A program made the translations under genes and the position numbers. A stretch of 63,935 nt of DNA, filler included, from Craspedostauros australis (taxonomy: Eukaryota): NCBI GenBank assembly GCA_030167865.1. It is 8 parts of 8 records of this genome, joined end to end, with 100 filler letters (N's around TTAATTAATTAA, not from the genome) between each part and the next. Parts side by side here need not be neighbours in the genome. Positions count along the whole stretch, not along the records: positions 17,973 to 32,215 come from JALAGF010004062.1; positions 32,316 to 40,105 come from JALAGF010004063.1; 6 more parts are not named here. One strand, given 5' to 3'. The notes beneath the pieces are model-generated. The model saw only the letters and a list, made by a program, of their open reading frames with translations. It was not told the origin of the DNA and made no database searches. This document shows, piece by piece, positions 25,777 to 38,060 of this stretch; the stretch's first letter is position 1, and every line of letters starts with the position of its first letter.

Positions 25777-26815
25777 GCGAGGATTCACAGGCAAGTTTCG
25801 AAATTCCATTTTATTCTAAATTAACAGATCCAGGATTTTTCGAAACACACACAGCAGTGGTAGTGCGGCGATGTTTGTATGTAACATTGGATGCAGGAGG
25901 ACATGGCATCGTGAATAGAACAAAGTGAGGAATGTATAACACCACACGAGGTCTGAGGAAGATGAGACGCAACGTATTGGGCAACGTATTCGTACTCTGG
26001 TCTTGATGTCTCGCTTCAGTACGTGTTGCCACCCTGGAGAAAGTGGCCCCGCACCACGGGGCCTCTTGTTGTCCAGGTTCGTTGTTCTGTTGACGAGTGG
26101 GGACTGCATTGGGCATGCTTGGGGAGTGCAAGTGGTGGCGAGGCATGCGATGGCGAGCGTATGGATCAGTTGGGACATGGCGCGAAGTCATTTGTCCCAA
26201 CGCTGACCGGCGCAGCAGTTTGTGGGGATCGGGAGCGCATCCCATTCTCGTGAAGGACCAGCAGAGTCATGAGAAAGACACAGTGGGTGATTTTCGGAGT
26301 GTGGGCAGATACGAGTACTGTTGGGCAAAGAGGTACTGTTGTGTTGGTATTGCCAGATCTTGTGCCAAACAAGAGAGAGAGAAACGATGACGAGAGCGAT
26401 GACGAGAGTGATGGTAGCAGCGACGACGAAGATCACAATGATGTCAACAAGCAAAAGGCAAACTCACGCACAATCTGTGGCACTCTTCCATGCCGGCAAA
26501 CGGGTGCTCGTGTCGCCCACAGAGAGCTTCTTTTGTTCTCCTCGTACGAGTAAGTTTGTCGCCTAATGTTTTTTTTTAATTTTTGCGCTTACTGTTCCAT
26601 CAGGAGATACCACCGGAGCGTGACAAGGGTGCGCACCGTGCTACTGTGCCCGGTTTTCGTCCAAAAGCAAATCGGCAAAGGCGAGGCCTACGCGGCGTCG
26701 TTGCCTCCCATCGCAATTGTTGGGATCGATGTTGTGACACGAAGCGCTGGAGGATGCGAGGGCGGATTTGGGTGCTAGCACGATTTGCACAAGGACACGA
26801 TGCGCTGTACCCTGC

Positions 26816-28354
26816 TTATCCGTTTCGTAACCGGTCGATCATCTTCTCCAGCAGCTCCAGGACTTCGCCTGGGGCGCGCTTGCGCAAGGCGATGTCTAGC
26901 GGATACTCGCCCTTCTGCGTCTTGGCCATGCAGGTCTCGGGCGAACTGGCGACCAGCAATTCGACGATGTCGTACGATGCCAATCCCATGAGCGCCATGT
27001 GGAGGGGTGTGTGGCCGAGCATGTCGGTGAGGCGGCAGACGGCCGTGTCACCCTCGACGAGCAAGACCTTGATGGTCTCGAGGTTGGCGTTCTGGGAGCA
27101 GGCAAAGTGCAGCGGCGTCATGTCGTACTGGCTCGTGGCGTGGACGGCGTCGGGGAAGGTCTTGGTGAGCAGGCCGATGACTTCCGGCGCTGCGCCGTTC
27201 TCGCAGGCGAGGTGCAACGGCGTGTAGCCCTCCTTGTCCTTGATCTGGGCAGCGGTGGGGTACTTCCTGAGAAGGATGGCCATGGTCTTTTCTGGTGCCT
27301 TGAAGAGGGCGCCCATGTGCAGCGGCGTTCGGCCGTAGTAGTTGGTGGCCTCCACGCCCTTGGGGTCCTTCTGGACCAGGTACTCCACGACCTCCGGCTT
27401 GGATTTGTAGGCGCAGGCGTAGTGCATGGGCGTGCCGACCCAGAGATCTGTCTCGCGGATGGCGGCAGGGAAGGCGTCGTAGGCGAGCTCCACGGCGTCC
27501 TTGGAGGCCTCGAGGGCGCACAGCATGCTGAGCGGGTAGATGCGCCCCGAGAAGCCTTCGAATTCGTACTTGTAGTGGCAGGTCTCCGGGTGCTCGATTA
27601 TGAGATCGCACGTGTCGTCGTCATCGTAGCGAGTCTTTTCGTTCCAGGGGTCCAGGTTGAGGAGCTTGTACAGCTTCTTGCAGAGCTTCTTGGTGGCGTC
27701 GTCCGTGATCTCGGCGAAGGACTTGGCGTCCTGGGACGGCGTCGCGGCCTCGTTGGGCTCGAAGAGCTCCACCTTGACTTTGGCAGGCGGGGGAGGCATT
27801 TTGTAGGCGGGCACAGCAGGAGCGGCGGGTTCTGGAGCCACAGGCTCGGGCTCGGCCGCCTCAGAGGCGGACTCCTCATCCTCCAGATCCGGCTCCGGCT
27901 CGTCGCTGTCCTCGTCGGTGTCGCTGGCCTTGCTCTTCTTCTTCTTGTCCTTCTTCTTCTTGTCTTTCTTCTTCTTCTTGGCGTCGTCGCCGCTGCCGAG
28001 GTCCTCCTCCGACTCGGAGCCGCTGTGCTTCGAGGCCAGCTTCTTGTCCTTCTTCTTCTTCTTCTTTTCGTCCGGCACGTCCACCGCCTCTTCGTCCTCG
28101 TCGGTCGCGGCGCTGATCACGCTGGTGCTCTTCTTTTTCTTCTTCTTGGCCGCCTTGTCGTCCGTGGGCCTCTCCTTCTTGCTCTTCTTCACCTGGGCGC
28201 TGGCCCCCAGGGCGGCGTCATCGTCGGAGTCGCCGTGGGAGCTGCTGCTCTTCTTCTTATCCTTCTTCTTCTTCTTTTCTTCGCCGCCGCTGCCGTCCTC
28301 CGACTTATCCTTCTTCTTGTCCTTCTTCTTCTTCTTTTCCTCGTCCTTGGCCAT
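26816..28354 (-). CDS. Ankyrin-repeat protein with Lys/Asp/Glu-rich N-terminus (512 aa)
   Basis: ATG at 28354 (MAKDEEKKKKK). Repeats GTPMHYAC, GRTPLHMG, GYTPLHLAC, MTPLHFAC, GHTPLHMA. Strong GC3 codon bias. Confidence 0.9.
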   Translation of the reverse strand: MAKDEEKKKKKDKKKDKSEDGSGGEEKKKKKDKKKSSSSHGDSDDDAALGASAQVKKSKKERPTDDKAAKKKKKKSTSVISAATDEDEEAVDVPDEKKKKKKDKKLASKHSGSESEEDLGSGDDAKKKKKDKKKKDKKKKSKASDTDEDSDEPEPDLEDEESASEAAEPEPVAPEPAAPAVPAYKMPPPPAKVKVELFEPNEAATPSQDAKSFAEITDDATKKLCKKLYKLLNLDPWNEKTRYDDDDTCDLIIEHPETCHYKYEFEGFSGRIYPLSMLCALEASKDAVELAYDAFPAAIRETDLWVGTPMHYACAYKSKPEVVEYLVQKDPKGVEATNYYGRTPLHMGALFKAPEKTMAILLRKYPTAAQIKDKEGYTPLHLACENGAAPEVIGLLTKTFPDAVHATSQYDMTPLHFACSQNANLETIKVLLVEGDTAVCRLTDMLGHTPLHMALMGLASYDIVELLVASSPETCMAKTQKGEYPLDIALRKRAPGEVLELLEKMIDRLRNG

Positions 28355-30855
28355 GGTTGCTTGTGTTGTTCTGCGCGCTGTTGTGTTTGCACTATTAACA
28401 CTAGTTGCACTATTAGCACGAGCAGGGAGAGCTGATGGGAGAGCTAACGGGAGGGGTGATGACAATGGATGATTGTCGGATCCGTCCTTCCGATGGCTTC
28501 TTCTATGGAGTTGGAGCGTGGTTTTATTGGCACAGCATCGACAGCAAAGGGTTCGGCCAGTTTCTGTTGTCGCACCTGTCGTCGTTGTCGTGATTGTTGT
28601 TGCTATGATTGGTGGTGGTGGCAAGGGCAACACAACCAGTCTCTCCCTCTTGCCTCTTGCACCCCATCTCCACACACGCCAAGAAGCACCGTTGCGCCAC
28701 ACGGATCATTCTGGGAAAGATCGAACCAAATCGCGAAAATCCTTTGAGATGACTGTGACCACAAGAAGTCATGAGAGTCATGCACACAAAGCTCGTGCCA
28801 ACACACGCAACTGGGCCTTTCTCAGCTCTTCAGGCGAACGATTTATGCACGACTCCTTGCGAATGTGGTTGGTCGTGAAATGGAGGCTCCTCTGAGTCCA
28901 ACTATTAGTTTCCTCGTGTGGTGACAAGGACGACTGAACTCGGGTTGTGACTGTTTGACAACATCAATTGTATGAACACACTATTGGCTGTCTTCCAGGA
29001 ACAAACAAACAAAACAGAAGCTAACAGACAGACATCCAAACATGATTCAAACCCAAAGAGCATCTCCCACAAGAACAGAAGATCAACCAAGATGCCTCCG
29101 CAACACTCGCAATGGATGCATGGCGTCATGAAGCGCTCGCTGTCCAATACGCCAGAGACATGGAGTTGTGGCGAGCGTACTCCATGGTGGTCTCACATCA
29201 CAACGGAAGTTGCCAGACTGTTGGTACATCCAAGATGTTAGAGTACAAGTGCGAGTGCGAGCACATCATGACAAGCAAGGGAAGAGCTGCGCTCGTGTCG
29301 CACATAGATGGGCAACCGATTGGAAAAGCACACCACTTTGCTGTGATGTTCATAAAGTTCCATTTACAAGCAGGCAGGGCGCACTCGGATCACTTTCATG
29401 CAAGTATAATATCTGCTTGTTTGTGGAATGATCTACTCCCACTGACACATATCATACATATCATGCATGTAATTTGCACGGTGCCTACTCGAACCAAGCG
29501 ATCCCTCCATTTCCATTCGATCAGTGATTGCGCGATCCAACTCGGGTTGTCAGCTGAGCATCCGTGCGCCACGGATCTTTCTCTTTCTGTGTTTGCTGTT
29601 TGTCTTCCATTACTTGGAGCCGCCACAACAGATACCTGGGCGAGGTTACCCATTCGCATCCGTGGAACCCATGTCCCAGATGGCTGTGACTCGCGGTTGC
29701 TCAGATGTTTGCTCCAATCCTCCAACTTTCTCCTCCCTGTTTGTGGCGTCCTCGCGGTTTCGCATAGCAATGAATGGTGCGTCGCGTGGACACGTGCTCT
29801 GTTGCGAATTCGACAAGAGGGCGCGGCATCGCCGATAATTCCGTCTGTCCGTCCATCACGACACGTTGTTTCGCGGGAAAGAACGCACAACTTTGCTCGA
29901 TTTGGGCACAGATGTTTGCAAACGACTCAATCGACCACCATTTACCTCGGCACAGATGTGCGTTCCATTTCTTGTGCACGGACGTTCGCGAATGATTGAT
30001 GAAGTCTGTTCATGTCGCAGTGACCCACGTCGACGCGTTGGCTTCGGGGGAAGATGTTCGTGCTTCGTATGAGAGAGTCGTCGAATAGGGGCGTTCTGGG
30101 CCTTTAAATGCCAAACGGGTGCTGTGACCCATCGTTCAATCATCAACGAGCTAAGAGCCACACGCAACCCATGAGTATTTAGAGTAGTGTGAACGATGTC
30201 GATTTACGTATCAAGAGGAACGCAAGTGACGAACTGCCAGCAGGCGCGGCTTCTTCTTGGGTAGAACTGCAATGTGGGTGTTGCTGACGCTCCTGGTGCA
30301 TGTTCATCACAGAATCCATGTCATGTGGTCCCAACGCTGCTGGTACCGCTGCAGGTGTGGCTCCTACTCGTACTGCCGTGGAGTGTGGAGTAGGCGCACT
30401 TCCAAGCAGCGACCTCGATTCGTTGGTCCGAGAAACGCAGAAACCGCTGTGATGGTGGCGACCAACGCTCATCAATCACACACGGCAAGCAGACAGCAAC
30501 CGCGAAATCAAATCGTTGCTCTCCGCAGCGCTCGCGCAGCGTAGCCTCGGTTTCTCGTCTCAGCATTCACCGCAGTCATCGCAGTCACCGATGTACTCTA
30601 TTCCATTGTACCGTCATAATACACTCTCCATACATACCAATGCTCGTACAAACTCTACGAGCACTCTGCGTACGATCAGCAGCCCACCAGACAGACAGAC
30701 CAATCAGGCAGCCAATTGATCGGTCTCATAAAAATCGTATCGATCAGCTCTCAACACAAACACAGCTCATCAAACCAACCCAAAGCACTCCACAACAAAG
30801 CAATCCACAACAAAGCAATCCACAGCAAGACAGACAAGACAGAACCACACGCAAC

Positions 30856-32166
30856 ATGAGCGCCTTCCTCCATAACCTCGATCTGAACAAGATCAAGACC
30901 ATCCAGCGCAGCAACCAGCACAAGATTCCATATCTCCCATTCCCAATCAAGCTCCACCAGCTCCTCACCGACGTCGAAGAACAAGGTTTCGAGGACATCA
31001 TTTCTTGGATGCCTGACAACGAGAACGCATTCCGCGTCCATGATCGAAAGCGGTTTGTGGAACTCGTCATGCCAAGGTACTTCCGCCAGACGCACATGCG
31101 GTCCTTCACCAGACAGCTGAGGAACTACGGTTTCGTGAGGATGACGCGTGGCAGGGGCAAGAACAGCGCATACCACCATGAGCAATTCTGCCGCAACGAC
31201 TTCGAGTCCGCAAAGCGCGTCGGCAACCTCAACTCTCGCCACAATGCCGCCGTCGCATCCGCTGATACATCGCCATCCTCGGCGAAGGCTGCATCGGCGG
31301 TGTCGAAGAATGTCCAGAAACTCAAGAAGATGCCCAAGTTCGCACCTATTAGACAGTCAGCGTGTCCCTTGACGACGCTCAGCGAGAAGACGTACAGCGA
31401 CATGATCGCATCAGCGGTGCTCTCCAACGCGAAGGTCGGCAACAGGAGCGTTCAAGCCGACGACGCTCTTCCATCTTCCGTTGTCCCCATCAACTCAATC
31501 GTTCAGATCTTCAGCAAGCGGGTGAGCGATGCCTCATCTTCCAGCGTATCCGTTCTTCCTCCTCCAAGCCAGCAGATCGCATCCGATCCAGAGAACGACG
31601 ATGCCAGCCAAGCTTGTTCCATGCAAGACTGCACGTCAATGAAAGCGCCGCTGGATGTTGATGGCCTGTCAACGTTAGATGCAACCCACATCGCGCGCAA
31701 ACAGTCCGCGGTGGCATGTGGCCCTGTGAGACCATCTTGTTACAACAGCGCCACCACGCAAAGAGACGACTTTGAAGGCCAGGGTTACTTCCCAATCCCA
31801 TGCGCCACCACGGGCAGCAGCATCGACACATTGTTGAGCCGCCATGAGAGTTTGGCGTTGCCTAATATCTTCCCGTTGGCTGGTACCGAACAGGATATCG
31901 AGGCCGGAAAAGAAGAGCGTCGACCAAGCTTGGTGTCACTAGAAGGGTGGGATGAAGTTATTGATACTGTGAAGGAGCCCGCCTGGGATGGTGATACCAA
32001 CGGTAATTCCAATGGCGATGGTGACGATGACATGGATATCCAGAAAGGACCATTCTTGCTGGATGATGCCTTGCCGGTGCCAGTAAGCACTTGCTCGTAC
32101 AGCGACACTCAGGCTGTGCCGATGCACCAGCTTAGCTCGGTACCTTCCTGCATCGTGGAGTTGTAG
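30856..32166 (+). CDS. Heat-shock transcription factor (HSF DNA-binding domain)
   Basis: FPIKLHQLL..IISW..AFRVHD..F..VMPRYFRQT..SFTRQLRNYGF..YHHEQF. Confidence 0.92.
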   Translation: MSAFLHNLDLNKIKTIQRSNQHKIPYLPFPIKLHQLLTDVEEQGFEDIISWMPDNENAFRVHDRKRFVELVMPRYFRQTHMRSFTRQLRNYGFVRMTRGRGKNSAYHHEQFCRNDFESAKRVGNLNSRHNAAVASADTSPSSAKAASAVSKNVQKLKKMPKFAPIRQSACPLTTLSEKTYSDMIASAVLSNAKVGNRSVQADDALPSSVVPINSIVQIFSKRVSDASSSSVSVLPPPSQQIASDPENDDASQACSMQDCTSMKAPLDVDGLSTLDATHIARKQSAVACGPVRPSCYNSATTQRDDFEGQGYFPIPCATTGSSIDTLLSRHESLALPNIFPLAGTEQDIEAGKEERRPSLVSLEGWDEVIDTVKEPAWDGDTNGNSNGDGDDDMDIQKGPFLLDDALPVPVSTCSYSDTQAVPMHQLSSVPSCIVEL

Positions 32167-32315
32167 AATGCTCTTGGACCAATATGTATTTTGTTATACA
32201 TTATTAATAGTACTCNNNNNNNNNNNNNNNNNNNNNNNNNNNNNNNNNNNNNNNNNNNNTTAATTAATTAANNNNNNNNNNNNNNNNNNNNNNNNNNNNN
32301 NNNNNNNNNNNNNNN

Positions 32316-32744
32316 TCCAGCATATTCGCGAATCTTGCGCCTGGCGCCGTGTACTTGAAGCAATCTCTTGATTTTGTCAAGCCAGCGTATGTTGGTGATA
32401 TCGTGGTCGGACGCGTCGATATCGAACGGTTTCGGAGTGCACCTGGTGGTGGGTTGCTGGTCCAATGTACCACTACCGTTCGGAGGTTGGAGGATGGTAG
32501 GGTGCTGCCGGATGATGAAGACGGCGATACGGGTTGTGAAACATCTCACATCATCGAGGCTGGAAACGATCAGCATGAGAACGGGGATGGTGTAGAGGCT
32601 GTATTGAGCCCAGATGATCGCGGAGGGTTGGCAGAACAGGAGGATAGAGCTGATGTCGGCGCTCCGACAAAATTGCAAGACGATATCTTGGTGCGAGGTT
32701 CGGCCAAGGTGTGGCTGCCGACCGCGTATGCAATCAAAGAGTGA
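32316..32744 (+). CDS. Duplicate partial copy of the MaoC-like gene (3' part)
   Basis: Part of the inverted duplicate of 21103-21531. Confidence 0.7.
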   Translation, partial: SSIFANLAPGAVYLKQSLDFVKPAYVGDIVVGRVDIERFRSAPGGGLLVQCTTTVRRLEDGRVLPDDEDGDTGCETSHIIEAGNDQHENGDGVEAVLSPDDRGGLAEQEDRADVGAPTKLQDDILVRGSAKVWLPTAYAIKE

Positions 32745-34369
32745 TTACGATGGTTCTTTCGTAAAGACAAGAAGCGAGGCTCTGATAAGCACATCAACGT
32801 TTTGCATCTGCGCTGTCAATTTGCACAAATGAATTTGCCATCACACATGAATGCATTGGTAGACATGAATGTATGGGGACGGACACTGCTGGAAAATACG
32901 CGCAATGATCCATTGGAGATTTGACCATCGGCATGTTCCGGATGATGCGATTCCAACCGCGCAGTGTCTTCCCAGGAAGCGACGGGCTTCCCAATCATTC
33001 CACGGCCCTCCAGAGCGCTCGACTACATCCGCATCAACTGACTGCGTCTCATTCTCTTCCAGGGGGTATCATGTTCCTCCGTCCATGCAATGCGGACGTC
33101 ATTCATGAAACTTGCGCACGCGGTATCTCTTCCACTGATACCGCAAAGCTGAACACCAATTCGAGACTGAAGAGCGTACTGCGGTGAATATTCGAGTTCA
33201 ATGGGGCTGGCCGAGCAGCTTCTTGCGGGAATGTTTGGGGGACGCATCACCGCAGAGGGAACGCATGTGCCAACTCACTGACGAATTCGCGACCAGCTTG
33301 AGTGTTGGGCGGTGTTCATGTTGCGCGGGAAGACTACCGCCAATCACATCGGCACAGTCGCACGCTGCGGTCAACATAGATACACTGCTGTCCCCTCACC
33401 CAAGGTGTCATCGTCTCTCGTGCAGTAGCTCCTCTTGTTCCGCTGAAGCGTTCCCGACGATGATTGATGTGGACAGCATCCAACCACTACTGCTGGTTCA
33501 GCGTACTTGTGTGGTAGATCACCGTCGCAACGATGATCATCGCTGGGAGATCACAGCTTCGCTACTCTGGAGAGAGCGTGGCGATGATACCCCACTTTTG
33601 CTCGCAGGTGTCCACATGTGATGTCCGCGCCATTTCTTGCCATCCCATCCCATCTGTACCAAAGCTCCTCACGATCAGCTGCATCAACGGGTGCGCTCGA
33701 GTTGTATCGATTGATTTCGGCCGCCACTTTTTCGCTGGCAGAAACATGTTCAAATCCATTTCAGTCATGCTTACCTCCATTTGATCGAAGTTGTCCTCGA
33801 GTCGTACCCGTGACTTGGACGCATCGTCGATGATCACAAGCGGGAATCGATCGTGTTTCATTGTCTTTCTCTTCTTCCTTGTTTGTTGCTTGCGCGGTTT
33901 CTGTTCCCACAAAAACGCAAGGAACACAACAAACTTCCTGCCTGCGCACCATCCAACCACAAAAAGATCGCCGTCGGTGAGGTTTCCCTCACGTCTCGGG
34001 CATCTTCGCTCTCACAGACAAGAACATCCTGTGATGTGGATCGCGCGTGCGCTGTATTGCAGCATCAGGGTTGTGCCATCGGCGTTGCAGATCCACAAGA
34101 GTGTGGTATGGTGCGGATATACCGTGTCCATCGGTCGTTGTGGTTTGCGAGAGAGTGTCTCCTATTGTACTTTGGATCTCATGTCCAAGGGTGGAACATG
34201 CCTGATCAATCTCATAAAAACAAATCCACATCAAAGAACAACTGCAATCGCAATCGCATCACCATCACATCATCACACCACAACACTGCAGCACCCAAGC
34301 AACTCCACAACACACTAATTCACATCATCAACATCCAACATTAACATTAACACTCACACCAACACCAAC

Positions 34370-35371
34370 ATGACAGACCAGGAACAAATGCAGCAACCAT
34401 CATCCAACATGCACCAAGAGGATCTTGAGATGGCATCCGGACACATGGATTCGGAAAAGCCCGCTGCCTCCAACAACGCCAATGACAACGGCAACAGCAG
34501 CGACAACGACAACGACAGCAATACCGACGCGGATTCGTCGTCGGCATCATCGGATGAGGAAAGCGCAAGCAAGGGCGACTTCGCAAAGAAGGTCATCATC
34601 GCCTTGTTCTTGATCGGATTCGTCGTATTCGTCATCGCGGATTCGCTGACCACCAGCTACATCCGCGATGGCTTGGAATCGTTCCTGGAATGGATCGAGG
34701 ACAATCCGACGGGAGGATTCTTCGCCTTCATGTTGGTGTACACATTCGCGACCATCTTCTTCGTCCCAGGATCCATCCTCACACTCGGGGCAGGATTCGT
34801 CTTTGCCAACGCCTTTGGATTGGGAGTGGGTGTTCTCGTCGGCAGCCTCGCGGTCTTCATCGGAGCAAGCGTGGGAGCCATCGCATCGTTCCTGCTGGGC
34901 CGTTTCCTGCTGCGCGACTGGGTCAGCAACACCCTGACGAGCAAGTACACGCTCTTCAAGGCCCTGGATGCAGCGCTCGAGGAGAAGGGATTCCGCATCA
35001 TGGCGTTGCTGCGACTGTCACCCATCATCCCATTCAATGCCATCAACTACATCGCGGGCGTCACGGCCATCGGATTCTGGTCGTACGTCTGGGCCATGTT
35101 CGCCATCCTTCCGGGCACCATCCTCTACGTCTTCCTCGGCGCTTCTGCTGGATCGTTGGCCGATTCTGCCGGCAGCGGAGGTGATTCCACGGTGACAATC
35201 ATCGTGGTGATCGTGGGTGTCATCTTCGGCATCGGCGCCATCGCTTTGACATCCTACTACGCAAAGGCGGAGCTCAACAAGGTCGTTGCTGAGCAGGAAG
35301 GCCAGGAGGAGGACGCTGAAGCTGGAGTCGAGATCGAAGCCCAGACAAACAGCCAAGAACAATCCGTCTGA
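34370..35371 (+). CDS. TVP38/TMEM64 protein, duplicate of 18476-19477
   Basis: Identical translation. Confidence 0.9.
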   Translation: MTDQEQMQQPSSNMHQEDLEMASGHMDSEKPAASNNANDNGNSSDNDNDSNTDADSSSASSDEESASKGDFAKKVIIALFLIGFVVFVIADSLTTSYIRDGLESFLEWIEDNPTGGFFAFMLVYTFATIFFVPGSILTLGAGFVFANAFGLGVGVLVGSLAVFIGASVGAIASFLLGRFLLRDWVSNTLTSKYTLFKALDAALEEKGFRIMALLRLSPIIPFNAINYIAGVTAIGFWSYVWAMFAILPGTILYVFLGASAGSLADSAGSGGDSTVTIIVVIVGVIFGIGAIALTSYYAKAELNKVVAEQEGQEEDAEAGVEIEAQTNSQEQSV

Positions 35372-35811
35372 GCGGCATCCTCGCTGGTCCCAATCCACTG
35401 CAAATACCCACAGATAGAACATGATACAGCGCACAGTCAACGTACTTGTAATGTGATTCAGCAATAGATAATATTACACATAATACGATTCCAATACCGC
35501 ACAATACATCGATCTACGGTTACTCATACTCTGTCCTTTGGGTCTCCACTCAATTAGCGCCCGTCTGCCAAAGCATTGAGGCCATCGCAGGTTGTGGAGA
35601 ACCGTTGCACGAGGGAGCACTAGTAGAGTAAAAATGTTGTCTATTGTAATGATGTCGCTGTATCAAAATCCCCACGTCGAAAGCTGCAGAGAGCGCCAAA
35701 ATCGCGGACCTCCTTTGTTTTTGAGCCGATCGTATGGACACGTATGTGTGCTGGCGTCGAGGTGGCACCGACGAGTACCATGCCATACTTTACCGTCTTG
35801 ATGATGGCCCA

Positions 35812-36178
35812 TCACATGTTGAGGATGTCATCGACGTCATCCAAGACATCCAGCAGATCGCCCGCCGTCATTTTTGGACCATCAAATGCAAGTGGATGGT
35901 CCTGCCACACAAACCGCGAGGCAACGCTGGATGGGCTGCACCGGAATTCAAGTTGGGACGAATTCAAGACGCTTGGTGCTGCCGGTGTCGTCCATGACGA
36001 TGATCGATCGATAGCGACGTGCTTGTGGGTTGGCGCGGAAGCGTCCGCACGAGTTGGATCGGAAACCATCATTCCATCTGACTGTCCTCGTTGTTCTTGT
36101 TGCTGATGTTGTTCTGCACTGTGGTGCTCTGGGAGAATTCTGTTGGAGCATTCGGCCGTCCGTGTCTGGGTGTCTTCT

Positions 36179-36210
<32 letters not shown>

Positions 36211-36489
36211 GAGTTGATGTCCGTGCGAGGACATCCATTCTTGGACCCTGGCTTGATGTTCCTCGTCGAATGTGAGATCGCAGGAACGAAGGGATCTGAG
36301 CGTTATTGGGCAATGAACATGCCCGGCATCCAACCACGAGAGAATCGCATTTCTCTCGAAATGAATACCATGTCGAGTGACAACTGGATGTGTCATGAGT
36401 TGACCTGTTAAAGGGCAGATGAGGTCGACCGGTGGTTGTGCCTGGGAGCTTCCGCAAGCGGTGGGACGAGCGTTGGTAGAAGTGGACAT
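35812..36489 (-). CDS. U-box domain protein (putative E3 ligase), 225 aa
   Basis: PPVDLICPLTGQLMTHPVVTRHGIHFERNAILSWL..CPIT..L. ATG at 36489. Its last codons also appear at 17973-18035. Confidence 0.88.
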
Positions 36490-38060
36490 GTTAGTAGTGG
36501 TGATGTTGCTGAGGTGCTTGCGATTATCGATGATGGGCTTTGAGTGTCTTGGTTTCTTTGGAGTTTCTGCACGGTTTCTGTGAAGTTGCGTTTGCGTTTG
36601 CGTTGCTTCGTTGGTGTCTTTTGAAATTGTGAGGAGATGACCCAGCATCGAGACCAACATGGGTAACTTTCGCGATTGGTGCGGTTTCTACGTGATGGTG
36701 GCCATCACTGTTCGTGGGCGACATCATTGTAGGGGTTCTGAGAACGCGAGTTGTGACCAGCTCAACGCGTCCGTGTGCGTGGCCGAAGGGTGGGTTCCAC
36801 AACTCCGGACCAGCCTGGTTGCTCTGCTCTGCGCTCTGCGTGCTCTGCTCTTGCCTTCGTCACCTTTGCTTCCAAAAACTGAAAGATGTGGCGAACAAAT
36901 GAAGACTGTGCTGTGCATAAATACTGATGTTACGATCAAGATGAATGATGGCACAATGCACGTTTGCAGCAGAATGGACAAAGATGTATGAACAAATCAC
37001 GACCAAGGCATACACCCCAGTGGCTTGTGTCTTTAGCGCTTATAATACGTGTGCAGAATGTATGGTGCTATTACATCTGCGTATGATGTACATGTACAGG
37101 ATCCTGGTTTGATCAGTTCGTGCCATCACACCAATACTCTCTCCAGTAGCTTTCACAAGGAGAAGATGACAATGCAGAGAGGACACGTATCTGTTGTGCT
37201 GAGGTGGACAATGAAAACTATCCGCGGCAACCACCACGCCGTTCCCCTATTCGATTCTATCTATACCCGGACTTGGATTGTTTGCCCTCCTTGATCTTGC
37301 TTTGTGCTTCGTTTAGACGAGTCGACACCAGAATAGAGCCACGACAAATCCGGATCATCCGTTCTGTGGACCATCATTTCTGTTAGTCGGACGGTTTTAC
37401 TCGCATACCACTTGTGTTGGTGACAATCTCACATCACAAATAAACTAGTTAGTCCATTCATTGCACCGGGTCTCGCCTGCGTGGATTCCAAAGACAAACG
37501 AGAGTGCAGAACCGGCGCCCTGGCGCAACTGCTATTACACGATGGTCGCAATAATCTTACTCGTATTCTTGCTGCATCATGATCCACAATGACCCGCACC
37601 GTTCCATCGGTAGTGGCGTATCCATATGTACTAATACATCAGAGACCTTCTTCTACCGTTTGTCTTGTGCATGGCTGGCACGGTCTTGGAAACAAAGGAG
37701 AGCAAGACCTCGAAGAAGACCCCTGTGTTGCTCGGTTCTCTTGACGAATGCTTCATTTTTTGTCTTGGATGAAATACCATTCAGCACATACTCCGTCTGC
37801 CATTGGCCCGCTCTTGGTTTGTACATCTAGTCTGCTGTGATCTAGACTACGGATATGGCCTATCTCTGTATCTGCGATCACTATCCGATTCCGACTCCCA
37901 ACAGAAGACGAAGTGCAGTGCACCATTATCGGCAGGATGGGAAGCTGCGTGTGTGCAACGGTTTCTCTATCTGTATGCAGTTTGGCGAACGGCCATTCAA
38001 CGGTCTTGATGGCGGGGAGCATCCATCTGAAGCTTGATGCGGACCAAGTCGATTGGACGC

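Noticed and set aside
26999..28435. Long antisense ORFs (also 8278-8994, 56364-57236, 58920-59786)
   Set aside because: These are shadows of coding sequence on the opposite strand.
29112..29999. 295-aa ORF upstream of HSF
   Set aside because: No recognisable motifs or codon bias; likely spurious intergenic ORF.
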